Sequence record: LT960609
Length of the DNA stretch: 44,798 nucleotides
Source of the DNA: Escherichia phage SECphi18
Strand: one strand, 5' to 3'
Positions 44,744-44,798 of this stretch are shown piece by piece. The first letter of the stretch is position 1; every line of letters starts with the position of its first letter. The notes beneath the pieces are model-generated. The model was not told where the DNA came from, did no database searches, and saw only the letters and a list, made by a program, of their open reading frames with translations. Both the position numbers and the translations under genes were made by a program.

Positions 44744-44798
44744 GGTGAATAATAGATTGGTTGCAGGATGGGTGTCAACAACTAATTTAAAAAAAAAA
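44744..44798. repeat. Terminal duplication, copy 2 (identical to 1-55)
   Basis: Last 55 nt equal the first 55 nt. Confidence 0.8.

Noticed and set aside
1-44798. Integrated prophage or temperate lifestyle
   Set aside because: No integrase, excisionase, CI-like repressor or att-like flanks; ends are identical, consistent with a free complete genome.

Overview
The window reads as a complete, circularly closed ~44.74 kb tailed dsDNA phage genome: the first 55 nt recur verbatim as the last 55 nt. All calls are from reading the sequence and the ORF track; no database search or folding was run, and non-coding coordinates may be off by 1-3 nt. Plus strand (0.2-31.6 kb): an early HTH protein, a primase-helicase, small early genes, a holin/endolysin cassette, terminase, portal, head genes, and a lambda-like tail module (major tail, G/GT frameshift chaperone, tape measure, M-L-K-I-J, tail fibre). 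Minus strand (31.6-44.6 kb): a replication and DNA-metabolism module (family A DNA polymerase, SNF2-type helicase, DUF2800-type nuclease, VRR-NUC, HNH endonuclease, Dam and C5 methyltransferases, SSB-like protein). No integrase or repressor is visible, so it is probably virulent. The most interesting signals are non-coding: (1) two paralogous loci of GCGGGACA iterons, each ending in a near-identical ~75-nt hairpin element, one after the primase-helicase gene and one inside the tail module; (2) an ATTGGTTGCA operator-like motif in about 18 copies overlapping sigma70-like promoters. Accessory genes of note are a reverse-strand moron inside the head module and a reverse-strand lipoprotein gene next to the tail fibre gene.
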